Shown piece after piece: positions 26,867 through 36,840 of a DNA stretch of 64,000 nucleotides. Every line of letters begins with the position of its first letter. Within the stretch, counting starts at the first letter, position 1. The notes beneath the pieces are model-generated. The model saw only the letters and a program-made list of their open reading frames with translations, did not search any database and was not told the origin of the DNA. Made by a program: the position numbers and the translations under genes. Origin of the DNA: an uncultured Gemmatimonadota bacterium (lineage in GTDB: Bacteria > ARS69); contig CAYYFX010000002.1 of assembly GCA_964471155.1 (NCBI GenBank), positions 9,852 through 73,851 of the forward strand. The letters run 5' to 3'.

Positions 26867-28996
26867 TTGCGCTCGGCCGTCCCCTACTTCGCCGTCTTCA
26901 TGTCCGGGCTCTGCGTGATGGTCGTGGAGCTCGTGGCCGGGCGGCTCATCGCCAAGCACCTCGGCGTGTCCATCTACACGTGGACCGCGGTGATCGGCAT
27001 CATCCTGGCCGGCATCGCCGGCGGGAACTACGTGGGGGGCCGGCTGGCGGACCGGTACACGCCGCGGCGCGCGCTGAGCGTGCTCTTCCTGCTGTCCTCG
27101 GTGCTCACCGCGTCCATCCTGCTCTCCGAGCGCATCGTGGCGGACTGGGTCACGCTGTGGATGCTGGACTGGCCGCTGCGGGTCGCGCTGCACGTGGCCG
27201 CGGTGTTCCTCGTGCCGTCCCTCCTGCTGGGCACGGTCTCCCCCATCGCGGCGAAGGCCGTGCTGGTGGACGCGCGCCACACCGGCCGGGCGCTCGGCAG
27301 CATCTACGCCTGGGGCGTGATCGGCAGCATCCTCGGCACGTTCCTCTCCGGCTTCCTCCTCATCCCGTCGTTCGGCACCGAGACCGTGATCTGGATGGTC
27401 GTGGTGGCGCTCGCGTTGATGAGCCTGCTCGTGGCCGGCGCGTCGATCACCTCCGGCGCCTGGATCGTCGTGATCGCGGCGGCCGGCGTGCTCCGCTTCG
27501 CTCCGTGGGCCTGGGCGGCGGACGCCGGCACGAAGGCGGGACTGCGCGCCGCCCTCTCCCCGGACGTGGTGGCGGAGCGCGAGAGCCTGTACAGCCACAT
27601 CCGCGTGCTCCGCAGCGAGAAGGACGGCGTGGAGCGGCACCACCTCCTGCTGGACAAGATGATGCACAACACGGTCGTGGTGGGCCGCCCCCTCGACCTG
27701 CAGGACGCGTACGCGCGCATGTTCGCGGGCCTCACGGCCTTGTTCGCCCCGGAGGACGGGCGGCTCGCCACGCTCTCCATCGGCGGCGGCGGCTACGTCT
27801 TCCCCGGGTACCTGAAGAACGTGTACCCGGGCAGCCGCATCGACGTGGTGGAGATCGACCCCGCGGTCACCGCCGTGGCGGCCGAGGCCCTGCAGGTCCC
27901 GCTGGACGGGATCACGTCGTTCCACGAGGACGGCCGCGTGTTCGTGAACCGCATGGCGCGCGAGACCGGCGCGGGGCGCGGCCTGTACGACTTCGTGTAC
28001 CTCGACGCCTTCAACGACTACACCGTCCCCTGGCAGCTCACGACGCGCGAGTTCTTCCTCGGGATCCGGACGCTGCTGAAGCCGTCCGGCGCGCTCCTGA
28101 TCAACTTCATCGACTCCGGCGAGAGCGGCCGGCTGCTCGGGGGGCTGTTGAACACGCTGGACGAGGTCTTCCCGCACACGGACGTGTTCCTCGAGGGCAC
28201 GCTGCTGCGCTTCGCGCAGCGCAACACGTTCGTGACCTGCTCGTACGCGGGCGCGCGCGATCTCTCCGGTCTCGTGGAGACGGATCCCGCGCGCTTCGGC
28301 GTGCATCGGCTCACCGCGCAGGAGCTCGCGCCGGTCCGCCGCCGCACCGAGGGGCTGGTGCTCACGGACCGCTGGGCGCCCACGGACAACCTGCTGGGGC
28401 CGGTGATCCTGGGCTCGTCGCGGGGGCTCGCGGCCGGCGCGCTCGTCACGAAGGGCGTGGGGCTGTTGAACGGGAACCGCCCGGCGGACGCGGAGTCCGA
28501 CTTCCTGCGCGCGCTGGAGCTGGATCCGGCGAGCCATGCCGCGCACCGCTACCTCGGCTACGTGTACGAGGCGCTCGGCGACCGGGAGCGCTCGCGCGAG
28601 CACTACCGGCGGTCGCTGCAGATCAACCCGTACCAGAAGGAGCTGTGCATCGAGCTGGCGCTGGCGGCGGAGAAGCGCGGCGACCCCGCCGAGTCGGCGC
28701 AGTACCTGCAGGCCGCGCTGAACGCGGACCCGCGGGATGCCGACGTCCGCGTGAACCTCGCCATCAGCTTCGCGATGCAGAAGCGCTTCCCCGAGGCGGT
28801 GGCGCAGCTGGAACAGGTGCTGGCCGCGGTTCCGGACCATTTCGGCGCGCGCAAGACGCTGGGGCGCGCGCTTCTGGAGATGGGCGATGTCGCCCGCGCG
28901 GAGCGGGAGCTCTCGGCGGCCCGCGCGCTGGTCCCCGCGGATCCCTCCCTCGACGCCCTGCTTCAGCGCATCGCCGCCGGGCGCGGCGCGCGCTGA
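26867..28996 (+). CDS. fused polytopic membrane / spermidine synthase-like / TPR protein, shorter paralog of 2238..5504 (709 aa)
   Basis: VPYFAVFMSGLCVMVVELVAGRL aligns with the N-terminus of the 2238..5504 protein. It has a spermidine-synthase-like core (LSIGGGGYVFP...YDFVYLDAFND) and C-terminal TPRs. The only in-frame start upstream of the first TM helix is the TTG at 26867, with GGAG 6 nt upstream. Confidence 0.8.
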   Translation: MRSAVPYFAVFMSGLCVMVVELVAGRLIAKHLGVSIYTWTAVIGIILAGIAGGNYVGGRLADRYTPRRALSVLFLLSSVLTASILLSERIVADWVTLWMLDWPLRVALHVAAVFLVPSLLLGTVSPIAAKAVLVDARHTGRALGSIYAWGVIGSILGTFLSGFLLIPSFGTETVIWMVVVALALMSLLVAGASITSGAWIVVIAAAGVLRFAPWAWAADAGTKAGLRAALSPDVVAERESLYSHIRVLRSEKDGVERHHLLLDKMMHNTVVVGRPLDLQDAYARMFAGLTALFAPEDGRLATLSIGGGGYVFPGYLKNVYPGSRIDVVEIDPAVTAVAAEALQVPLDGITSFHEDGRVFVNRMARETGAGRGLYDFVYLDAFNDYTVPWQLTTREFFLGIRTLLKPSGALLINFIDSGESGRLLGGLLNTLDEVFPHTDVFLEGTLLRFAQRNTFVTCSYAGARDLSGLVETDPARFGVHRLTAQELAPVRRRTEGLVLTDRWAPTDNLLGPVILGSSRGLAAGALVTKGVGLLNGNRPADAESDFLRALELDPASHAAHRYLGYVYEALGDRERSREHYRRSLQINPYQKELCIELALAAEKRGDPAESAQYLQAALNADPRDADVRVNLAISFAMQKRFPEAVAQLEQVLAAVPDHFGARKTLGRALLEMGDVARAERELSAARALVPADPSLDALLQRIAAGRGAR

Positions 28997-29035
28997 CACC
29001 TGTTCGGCGCGCCCGGCGCCGGCTACCTTCCCCGC

Positions 29036-29605
29036 ATGCGCGCCGGCTCGCTCCTCCTCCCCGCCGTCCTCCTGGCCGTGAACCCGGCCCACGCGGCCGG
29101 CGCGGGCGGGGCGGGGCCCACGGGGACCGAGGAGACGACGATGGCGGTGATGCCGGTCGCGGCCGTGGACCTGGACCGCTACCTGGGGCGCTGGCACGAG
29201 ATCGCGAAGATCCCGAACCGCTTCCAGGACGACTGCGCGCGCGGCACGACCGCCGAGTACGCGCGCCGCGAGGACGGACGCATCGACGTGCGGAACCGCT
29301 GCGTGAAGGCCGACGGGTCGGTAACCGGGGCCGACGGCGTGGCCGAGGTCGTGGCGGGTTCCGGCAACGCACGGCTTCGCGTGAGCTTCGTGAGCTTCCT
29401 CGGCTGGCGCCCGTTCTGGGGGGACTACTGGATCCTCGGCCTGGACCCGGAGTACCGCTGGGCCGCCGTGGGCACCCCGAACCGCAAGTACGGCTGGATC
29501 CTGGCGCGGTCCCCGGAACTGGACGCCGCCACCCTGGACGCGGTCTTCGCGATCCTGGAACGCAACGGGTACGCGCGGAGCGCGTTCGTCCGCGGCCTCC
29601 CGTAG
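29036..29605 (+). CDS. blc: lipocalin family protein (Blc-like), signal peptide without lipobox Cys (189 aa)
   Basis: DLDRYLGRWHEIAKIPNRFQ and YWILGLDPEYRWAAVGTPNRKYGWILAR are classic bacterial lipocalin motifs. Confidence 0.85.
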   Translation: MRAGSLLLPAVLLAVNPAHAAGAGGAGPTGTEETTMAVMPVAAVDLDRYLGRWHEIAKIPNRFQDDCARGTTAEYARREDGRIDVRNRCVKADGSVTGADGVAEVVAGSGNARLRVSFVSFLGWRPFWGDYWILGLDPEYRWAAVGTPNRKYGWILARSPELDAATLDAVFAILERNGYARSAFVRGLP

Positions 29606-29787
29606 CGCGTCTCCTGCGACCGGATCGCTTCGCGGGCGGCGCGCCGGGAATCTCCACGGAGTGGCTGCACGAGGGCGACACGGTGCTGATCGTCTTCACG
29701 AACCGGGATCCGGAGGTCACGCGGGGGATCCTGCGGCCGCTGCGCAATCTGGTGCAGCGGATCGGCGCATGACGGCGGCCGCCGGCG

Positions 29788-30903
29788 TCAGGGCCGGCGA
29801 CTCTCGTTGTAGATGCGGAAGCACGCGAGGAACAACGCCAGCGCCGCCGGCCCCACGAGCAGGCCGAGCAGGCCGAAGACGCGGATGCCGCCCAGGATGG
29901 CGAGGAAGAGCCACAGGATGGGCAGGCGCGTCTCCCGGCCGATGAGATACGGGCGTAGGAAGTTGTCGATCAGGCTGACGACGAGCGTTCCCCAGAGGAG
30001 CAGCCCGACCCCGGCGGCCACGCGGCCCGTGGCCAGCAGCGCCAGCGCCACGGGAAGCCACACGGCCACGGGCCCCACGAACGGCACGAGCGCGGCGACG
30101 AACGTGATGGCGCCGAGGACCACCGGCGCCGGCGCCCCCGCCACGGCGAAGCCGACGCCGGCCAGGACGGCCTGCAGCACCGCGGTGATGATGACCCCGC
30201 GGAACACCGCGTTGATCGTGCGGGCGGCGATGTCCAGCAGGTTCGCGGCATGCTCGGGCTCCAGCGGGAGCGCCCGTTCGAACTGCTCCAGCCAGCCCGG
30301 CCCGTGCCGCAGGAAGAAGAAGTAGATGAAGATCGTCACGCCGGCGTAGAGGAGTCGCTGCGGCGCCGACCGGCCCACCTCCTCGAGGTAGCCGGAGGCG
30401 AGCTGCCCGAACCCGGAGACCGCCTGCCGCAGCGCATCCTCGATGCCCTCGGAGCCGGGCTGCGGCGCCTCCGGAAGCAGGCGCACGACCAGGAAGCGAA
30501 GGCGGGACGCGTCCACCCACCGGGCGACCCGCTCGAACGTCTCCCCGCCGAGGTAGTCGCGCACGGAGGGCCACAGGTTCTCGACCTGGGACGTGAAGTG
30601 CAGCACGAGAAGCACGGCGGGCCCGGCCAGGATGATCAGCGTGAGCGCTGTCGAGATCGTGGCGGCCACCCGCTCCCGCCGGCCCGTGAGACGCAGGACG
30701 CGCCGATGCAGGGGGAACAGCAGGGTGGCCAGCGCCGCCGCCCAGAGCAGGGGCCGGAGCACGGGAAGGAGGATGACGATCAGGAGGGCGAGAAGACCGA
30801 CGGCCGTGGCGCCGAAGCCGAGCGCCAACGCCACGCGGCGGAACTCCGCGACGCCGACGCCCGGAACGGTCGGCCGTCCCCCCTCCTCATGCGCCGTCGT
30901 CAT
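29788..30903 (-). CDS. AI-2E family transporter (PerM/UPF0118) (371 aa)
   Basis: A multi-TM protein with the typical C-terminal core GAITFVAALVPFVGPVAVWLPVAL...VSLIDNFLRPYLIG. The ATG at 30903 is the first start before TM1. Confidence 0.85.
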   Translation of the reverse strand: MTTAHEEGGRPTVPGVGVAEFRRVALALGFGATAVGLLALLIVILLPVLRPLLWAAALATLLFPLHRRVLRLTGRRERVAATISTALTLIILAGPAVLLVLHFTSQVENLWPSVRDYLGGETFERVARWVDASRLRFLVVRLLPEAPQPGSEGIEDALRQAVSGFGQLASGYLEEVGRSAPQRLLYAGVTIFIYFFFLRHGPGWLEQFERALPLEPEHAANLLDIAARTINAVFRGVIITAVLQAVLAGVGFAVAGAPAPVVLGAITFVAALVPFVGPVAVWLPVALALLATGRVAAGVGLLLWGTLVVSLIDNFLRPYLIGRETRLPILWLFLAILGGIRVFGLLGLLVGPAALALFLACFRIYNESRRP

Positions 30904-30995
30904 GGGCGGGGAGTATATCCGGCAGTCCCGGAGTCGGCCATCGCCGCGCGGATCCGCGATGGCGCGGGCCGGCGCGCCGCGCACGACGAGGCGGC

Positions 30996-33428
30996 TCACT
31001 CCATCCGGATGACGCGGAGCGCGCGGCTCCCCGCCGCCGTCTCGATGCGGACGAAATACACGCCGCCGGCCGCGCGGCGCCCGTCCGCATCCGTCCCGTC
31101 CCACGCCTGCCGGTGCACGCCCGCCTCCAGCCGCCCGTCCACGAGCGTCCGCAGGCGGCGGCCCGCCACGTCGTGGACGGCGATGCGCACGTCCGCGGGG
31201 CGTCGCAGCGTGAACGTGAGGCCGGTCCCGCCGCGGAAGGGATTCGGCGCGACGCCCTGCACGGACACGGCCGCGCGCGGCCAGTCCGGCGTGGTCACGA
31301 TCGCGGGCGGCCCCGTCTGCTCCGCGCCGCCGAACTCCACCGCGACGAGGCGGTACGCGTAGGTCCGGTCCGCGTCCACCTCCGCGTCGGTCCAACGGTA
31401 CGGACTCCGCCCGCGCACGAGGCCGCTGGAGACCGCGTGCCACGCCCCTCCGGCCACGTCCCGCCGCTCCACGCGGAAGCCGTCGTGGTCCGACTCGTAC
31501 GACGTGGACCATGCCAGGTCCACCGTCCAGAACCCGGCGCTCGCGGCGAAGCCGGAGAAGCCGACCGCCGTGGTCACCGGACACTGCTTCGGATAGCTGA
31601 CGGCCTGCGCCGTCAGGTCCGCCGTCCACAGCGCGTCGCTCCCCACCGCCACGGCGAACGGCTGCCGGTCCGGGTGCGTGGCGCCCAGGTACCGCGGAGC
31701 GGCGGGCAGGGTGAGGTCGAGGACATGCACCGAGCGCTGATCCGGCACGTAGGCCAGATGCCCGTCGACGGCGATGTCCTGCGTGAACTCGGGGATCGGC
31801 ACGAACGCCGCGACGGCCAGGGTGGCGAAGTCGTGGATGCGCACGCCCCGCATCCCGTCGGACACGAGCAGGTGGTCGTCCGTCGCGGCCACGGCCATCG
31901 CGCGATCCTCCACCGCGATCGTCCCCAGGTGGTCCGGGTGCGCGGGGTCGGCGACGTCGAACACCTGCACGCCGGGGAACTCGTCGGCCACGTAGGCCAC
32001 CTGGTCGTGGACCTCCACGTCCAGGGCGAAGCCGGGCGTGTCCGCACCGCCGATCACGGCGGGGTTCGCGGGATCGGAGACATCCACGACCACGAGACCG
32101 GCCGCGCCGTCGGCCAGGTACGCCAGGTCCTGCGCGCGCCGGGACTCCACGAAGAGGCGCGCGCGCCCGCCGCCGGGCGTGGCGACATGCCCGAGCTCGT
32201 CCAGCGCGCGCGGGCTGGCCGTGTCCACCGTGCGGATCCCGTCGTCCGCAACGACGGCGACATCGGTGCCGGGAACCAGGCGGACGTGCCGCGTGATCGT
32301 GCGCGGCACGATCCCCCCGATCCACTGCGGGTCGGCCCGGCTCTTCGTGACGATCTGCAGCCCGCCCGTGCCGCAGGCGTACATCGCATGCGCGCCGTCG
32401 CGCAGCACGACGATGTCGGTGGTGGCGAACCCGGGGAGGTCCGCGCTCCCGGCCGCCTTCGGCGAGTTCCGCGAGGCGATGTCCACCGTGGTCACCTCCA
32501 GGGTCGAGACGAGGTAGGCGACCTCCGCGCTGAGGACGAGACCGGTGCCGTCGCCCCGGTTGTCCGCGGCCCCGTCCCACGAGAGTTCGTCCGCCGTCAC
32601 GGAGACGGCGCTCAGCCCGCGCCGCCCGGCGAGCCACAGCGATCCCGCGGACCACTGCACGTCGACCGCCCCGGTGATCCGCGACTCGGTGTCCAGCGTC
32701 ACGGGGAAGTCGAGGTCGGAGATGTCCACGAGCCCCACGCCGAAGTCCAGACCGGCCACCGCGGCGCGGTTCCCCGAGACCGCCACGTCCCACGCCTGGG
32801 ACACCGGCCCGGCCACCCCGCGCTCGTCCGGGTTCCCGGGGTCGGTGAAGTCCACCATCGTGTAGCTCAGGAGGTCGGCGACGTGCGCGATCGGCCAGCG
32901 CAGGTCCACGCGCTTCGAGATCCCGAAGGTGTCGTAACGGCCCAGCTCCGCCGGCGCGAAGGGGTCGCTGATGTCCAGCAGCGCCACGCCGTCCAGGCCG
33001 TTCGCCACGGCGAGATGATCCCCGTCCACGTCCACGCCCGTGGCCTCGTCGTACGCGCCGAGCGAGCCCACGAACGCGGGCGCCGCCGGGTTCGCGAGGT
33101 CGACGAGGTGCACGCCGCCCGCCGACCCCGCCACGTAGGCCACGGTGCCGGCGAGGGCCAGGTCCAGTCCCGCGGTCGGCAGGGCCACCGAGCCGACGCG
33201 CTGCGGATCGCGCGGATCGCTCACGTCCAGGGTCTCCAGCGCGGTGTCCCCGGCCAGCACCAGGGTCTCCCCGAGAAGCGCGGCGGCGTTCCCCCCGGGG
33301 AAGTCCCGGTCGATCACGTGCAGGTGGTCGCGGTACAGGATGCAGTCGGCCGCGCGCGCCGCCGCGGGCCCGAGGCCCAGCGCGGACAGGAGCGGGATCA
33401 CGACGGGGCGCAGGCGGCGGTCGGTCAC
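30996..33428 (-). CDS. LVIVD-repeat beta-propeller protein with FlgD-Ig/T9SS-type CTD (810 aa)
   Basis: Carries repeated units of the form A..G(L/V).(L/V)(V/L)D(I/V)S(D/N)P. The CTD is APNPF...GVYFVRI...VIRME. The GTG at 33428 lies 5 nt after GGGAGGA; an alternative ATG is at 33467. Confidence 0.85.
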   Translation of the reverse strand: MTDRRLRPVVIPLLSALGLGPAAARAADCILYRDHLHVIDRDFPGGNAAALLGETLVLAGDTALETLDVSDPRDPQRVGSVALPTAGLDLALAGTVAYVAGSAGGVHLVDLANPAAPAFVGSLGAYDEATGVDVDGDHLAVANGLDGVALLDISDPFAPAELGRYDTFGISKRVDLRWPIAHVADLLSYTMVDFTDPGNPDERGVAGPVSQAWDVAVSGNRAAVAGLDFGVGLVDISDLDFPVTLDTESRITGAVDVQWSAGSLWLAGRRGLSAVSVTADELSWDGAADNRGDGTGLVLSAEVAYLVSTLEVTTVDIASRNSPKAAGSADLPGFATTDIVVLRDGAHAMYACGTGGLQIVTKSRADPQWIGGIVPRTITRHVRLVPGTDVAVVADDGIRTVDTASPRALDELGHVATPGGGRARLFVESRRAQDLAYLADGAAGLVVVDVSDPANPAVIGGADTPGFALDVEVHDQVAYVADEFPGVQVFDVADPAHPDHLGTIAVEDRAMAVAATDDHLLVSDGMRGVRIHDFATLAVAAFVPIPEFTQDIAVDGHLAYVPDQRSVHVLDLTLPAAPRYLGATHPDRQPFAVAVGSDALWTADLTAQAVSYPKQCPVTTAVGFSGFAASAGFWTVDLAWSTSYESDHDGFRVERRDVAGGAWHAVSSGLVRGRSPYRWTDAEVDADRTYAYRLVAVEFGGAEQTGPPAIVTTPDWPRAAVSVQGVAPNPFRGGTGLTFTLRRPADVRIAVHDVAGRRLRTLVDGRLEAGVHRQAWDGTDADGRRAAGGVYFVRIETAAGSRALRVIRME

Positions 33429-33577
33429 GAAAGTCCTCCCGGGGTTCGGGCGTTCAAGGCACGTCACGTTCGGTTCCCTCCTCCCAGCCGTAATCCGCGC
33501 ATGGAGTCCGCCATCCGGGCGGACCGCCGTGCTACCCTTCCCGTCCGCCAGGGCTGCGATCCCCCCAGGAGAGTGCC

Positions 33578-35803
33578 ATGCGGAGGAATCGCCTCCCCCT
33601 TGCGACCGCCGGCCTGCTGGCGGCTGCCGCCGTGTCCGTTCCGGTCCCCGCGCCCGCCGGGTCGTTCGTCCACGCCTGGGGCCATCCCCGGCCGCAGGGC
33701 AACACGATCTTCGCCATGGCCTTCGCCACGGCGTCCGACGGCTGGGCCGTGGGCGGGTCCGGATTCGTGCTCCGGACGACGGACGGCGGCGCGAGCTGGA
33801 CCCTGCAGCACGGGATCGACGAGGTGGCGCCGGACCTCTGGGATCTCCTCGTCACGCCGGGCGGCGCGCTGCTCGCGTGCGGCGCCGGCGTCGGCCTGTA
33901 CCGCAGCACGGACGACGGCGCGACCTGGACGGCCGTGGCGAACCCCGCGCCCGCGGGGCTGCGCGACCTCGCCGTCCGCCCGGACGGCGCGCTGTCCGCC
34001 GCAGGCGAGAGCGGCGCGCTCGTCCTGTCCACCGATGACGGGCTCACGTGGACGTCGGCCGGACCGGGCACGGGGGTCATCCGGCACCACGCGTGGCGGA
34101 CCGTGGACGAGGCCTACGCCGTGGGCGAGCAGGTGGCGCATCGCACGACCGACGGCGGCGCGACCTGGTCCCCGTTCCTCCCGATCGAGTTCCTGGGCTA
34201 CAACGAGGTCCTCTTCACGGATCCATCCACGGGGTACGTGGTGGAGGACTTCGGAACCTGGTCCACCACGGACGGCGGGGCCACCTGGACGGAGCACTTC
34301 TCGCCGGTGCCCCCGCTGTACCGGTTCCGCACGCTCGCGCTGACCGCGACGCACTGGCTCATCGTGTGCCACGGCGAGGGCGGCGAGCTGTGGGAGACGA
34401 CCGATGCCGGCGCGACCTGGACGAGCCACCTCTTCACGGACTCCGTGGGCTTCCCCTGCCTGGTGCAGGCGCCCGGGGGACGGGTGCACTTCGGCTCGGA
34501 CGTGGGCGAGCTCTTCCGGACGGACGACTTCGGGCAGACGATCGTCGACGCGTTGGAGTCCTTCGGAGGCGACGCCCCGTTCGCCTCCGTGACCACGATC
34601 CTCCCGCGGCCCGACGGCGTCCTCTTCGCGGCGAACCGGCCCACGTCCGGGGAGGACGGCATGTGGATCCGCAGCGACGACGGCGGGCGGACGTGGACGG
34701 AGCCGGCCGGGTCGCCCGGCTTCCAGCAGGTGGGCGCGGGAGTGTTCCGCGATGCGGCGCACGGGATCGTCGCGCGCCGCGACTCCGTGCGCGTGACCAC
34801 GGACGGCGGCGACACGTGGGCGCCGTCGGGCCTGGGCCTGCCGGACCACTCGATCACGAGCGTGGCCTGGCCGGTCCCGGGACGGGTGTTCGCGGCGACG
34901 CTCACGCCGGCCTCGACCGGCGGGCTGTTCACGAGCACCGACGGCGGCTTCGGCTGGGCACCGGTGGGCGGCGGGATCCCCGCGGAAGCGGTCGCGTTCT
35001 CCGACGTCTCCTTCCCCGCGGCGTCCGTGGGCTATGCGGTCGGGTACACGCCGGCGCAGGCGTCGCGGGTCTACCGCACCACCGACGGCGGCAGCACCTG
35101 GACCGCGTGCGCCGCGGCCGGCCTCGCCGGACCGCTGGTCTCGGCGGTCTGGTTCGGACCGGAGACGGGCGTGGCAAGCCGCGCGGGATCGGAGCCGGAG
35201 ACCTACCGCACGACCGACGGCGGCGCATCCTTCGCACCCGTGTTCCCCGATCGCGCCGCGCGACTCGTGCGGCGGAACGCGAGCGAGGCGGTGGCCATCC
35301 TCGCCTTCAGCAACTCCTTCCTGCACACGACGGACGCGGGCGCGACGTGGACCGTGCAGGTCACGCCGCTCAGCGGGTCGTTCCCGCGGCTCACGGACGT
35401 GTGCAGCGCCGCCGCGCCGACGGACGCGGGCTGGGTGCTGGGCGGCGGGAGGAACCGCCTGCTCACCGCGATCCCCGTCCCGGCCACGGCCGCGCCGCCG
35501 CCGCCGATCGCCGCGGCGGGGGACGGCCTCGGCTTCGCGGTCGGACCGAACCCGTCGCGCCGGGGAGCGGCGGTCCGGCTCTCGTTCCGGCTGCCGCACG
35601 ACGCCGCGTGCCGGCTCACGGTCCATGACGTGTCGGGGCGTCGCGTCCGCGAGCTCGCCGCCGCGCGGCTGCCGCGCGGGGAGCACGCCGTCGCCTGGGA
35701 CGGACGCGACGACGCGGGCCGCCCGGCGACGTCCGGCGTGTACTTCGCACGCCTGACGGCTTCCGGACGGACCGCGGGGTGCCGCGTCGTGCGGATCGAG
35801 TGA
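33578..35803 (+). CDS. BNR/Asp-box (Ycf48/sortilin-like) multi-propeller protein with FlgD-Ig/T9SS-type CTD (741 aa)
   Basis: Contains about 12 Asp-boxes (TTDGGASWT, STDDGATWT, TTDGGATWS and others), a signal peptide, and the CTD GPNP...GVYFARL...VVRIE. Confidence 0.9.
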   Translation: MRRNRLPLATAGLLAAAAVSVPVPAPAGSFVHAWGHPRPQGNTIFAMAFATASDGWAVGGSGFVLRTTDGGASWTLQHGIDEVAPDLWDLLVTPGGALLACGAGVGLYRSTDDGATWTAVANPAPAGLRDLAVRPDGALSAAGESGALVLSTDDGLTWTSAGPGTGVIRHHAWRTVDEAYAVGEQVAHRTTDGGATWSPFLPIEFLGYNEVLFTDPSTGYVVEDFGTWSTTDGGATWTEHFSPVPPLYRFRTLALTATHWLIVCHGEGGELWETTDAGATWTSHLFTDSVGFPCLVQAPGGRVHFGSDVGELFRTDDFGQTIVDALESFGGDAPFASVTTILPRPDGVLFAANRPTSGEDGMWIRSDDGGRTWTEPAGSPGFQQVGAGVFRDAAHGIVARRDSVRVTTDGGDTWAPSGLGLPDHSITSVAWPVPGRVFAATLTPASTGGLFTSTDGGFGWAPVGGGIPAEAVAFSDVSFPAASVGYAVGYTPAQASRVYRTTDGGSTWTACAAAGLAGPLVSAVWFGPETGVASRAGSEPETYRTTDGGASFAPVFPDRAARLVRRNASEAVAILAFSNSFLHTTDAGATWTVQVTPLSGSFPRLTDVCSAAAPTDAGWVLGGGRNRLLTAIPVPATAAPPPPIAAAGDGLGFAVGPNPSRRGAAVRLSFRLPHDAACRLTVHDVSGRRVRELAAARLPRGEHAVAWDGRDDAGRPATSGVYFARLTASGRTAGCRVVRIE

Positions 35804-36370
35804 CTACGGCAGGCCGATGGCCAGGCCCGCGTTCACGGTGATCTGGTCCGCATCCACCTCGCCGACCGACTCCGGGATCTCCTCGAAGTCGTAGTCGAGG
35901 TACAGCCAGCGGATGTCGGACGTGATGCTGACGTCGCCCGCGATCGGGATCTCGAGGCCGGCCCCGAAGTGGTACCCGAGCACCGAGTCGGTCTCGTCGT
36001 CCACCGGGAAGCCGCCCGGGTAGTCGAGGGTGGCGTTGTACCAGCCCACGCCCGCGAGCGCGTACAGCGGCGGCAGCGGATAGAGGAGCAGCGAGGCGCG
36101 CACCGGCCACGAGCGGAGCTCCGCGTCGAACGGCAGCTCCTCCTCGTGGTAGTCGATGGCACCCTCGATCCCGACGAACGCGGAGCGGACGCGGACGAAC
36201 GCGCCGCCCATGTGCAGGCTCTCGTCGGAGCCCTGGATGTTCACGTAGGTGTACCTCGGCCCGATGCCGACGCCCCAGGTCTCCCTCCGCTCGTCCCAGA
36301 CATCCGCGGTCGAGGCACGGGGGAACGCGGCGACGAACACGACGCCCGCTGCGATGAGGTTCCGAATCAT
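35804..36370 (-). CDS. small outer-membrane beta-barrel protein (188 aa)
   Basis: Signal peptide is MIRNLIAAGVVFVAAFPRASTA. The pattern of alternating beta-strands with Gly/aromatic girdles is present. The start was chosen at the ATG at 36370 (M53 of ORF 35804..36526). Confidence 0.6.
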   Translation of the reverse strand: MIRNLIAAGVVFVAAFPRASTADVWDERRETWGVGIGPRYTYVNIQGSDESLHMGGAFVRVRSAFVGIEGAIDYHEEELPFDAELRSWPVRASLLLYPLPPLYALAGVGWYNATLDYPGGFPVDDETDSVLGYHFGAGLEIPIAGDVSITSDIRWLYLDYDFEEIPESVGEVDADQITVNAGLAIGLP

Positions 36371-36546
36371 GGAGTCCACCTTTCCTGCGGTTGCGTCGGG
36401 GGACGGCATCTCGCGGCGACGCCGGGAGCTCAACGCAAGGCGCGTGCCACGCAGCATTGTGGAACGTGAATTGCATGGGAGTCGGTTGCCGGGTGCCCGC
36501 GACGTTCGCGGGGCCGCCCGGACCACTCGAACTCCGGAGGATCGCC

Positions 36547-36699
36547 ATGCTGTGGACCCTCTTCGTCATCTTCCTGGTGCTCTGGCTCCTGGGAATGGTG
36601 AGCTCGTACACGCTCGGCGGCTTCATCCACCTGCTCCTGCTCGCCGCCCTCGCGGCCGTCCTGATCCGCGTGATCCAGGGCCGGAACCCGATCCGGTGA
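36547..36699 (+). CDS. lmo0937-family small membrane protein (50 aa)
   Basis: MLWTLFVIFLVLWLLGMVSSYTLGGFIHLLLLAALAAVLIRVIQGR is the characteristic sequence of this family. GGAGG lies before the ATG at 36547. Confidence 0.8.
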   Translation: MLWTLFVIFLVLWLLGMVSSYTLGGFIHLLLLAALAAVLIRVIQGRNPIR

Positions 36700-36840
36700 C
36701 CGCGACGTCCGTGGTTCCTCCGGAAACGCGGCGGCGCTTTCTCCACGCACGCGCCGCCCCCGCAACGGGACGCGCCCCGGCGCGACGCGCGGTGACGAGC
36801 GACGGGCATCCGCTCGTGGACCGGGCCCGCTGAGCGCCGC

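Noticed and set aside
29606-29772. A protein-like reading frame in the blc/AI-2E intergenic region (…ISTEWLHEGDTVLIVFTNRDPEVTRGILRPLRNLVQRIGA*), faintly reminiscent of the G-x-T-L-L-I-x3-DP-x3-RDI segment of TusA/SirA-like proteins.
   Set aside because: There is no ATG and no credible GTG/TTG start with an RBS. The CPxP active-site region of TusA is absent and the frame is too short. At best it is a decayed gene remnant, so it was not called as a feature.
35801-35806. Back-to-back stop codons of convergent genes (TGA at 35801..35803 on +, CTA at 35804..35806 = TAG on -) with zero spacer.
   Set aside because: This is simple tight packing of convergent genes. There is no structure or motif that needs explaining.
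36391-36546. The N-terminal extension of the small membrane protein ORF (102 aa version starting at 36391), and similar 5' extensions of ORFs 35804..36526, 26165..26740 and 55049..56611.
   Set aside because: The extensions are Arg/Gly/Pro-rich, lack RBSs and precede obvious signal-peptide or family N-termini. Internal starts with RBSs were preferred.
36700-36840. Possible Mg2+ (M-box) riboswitch upstream of mgtC.
   Set aside because: The leader is only 141 nt, and I could not recognise conserved M-box elements. This would need an Infernal scan to exclude formally.
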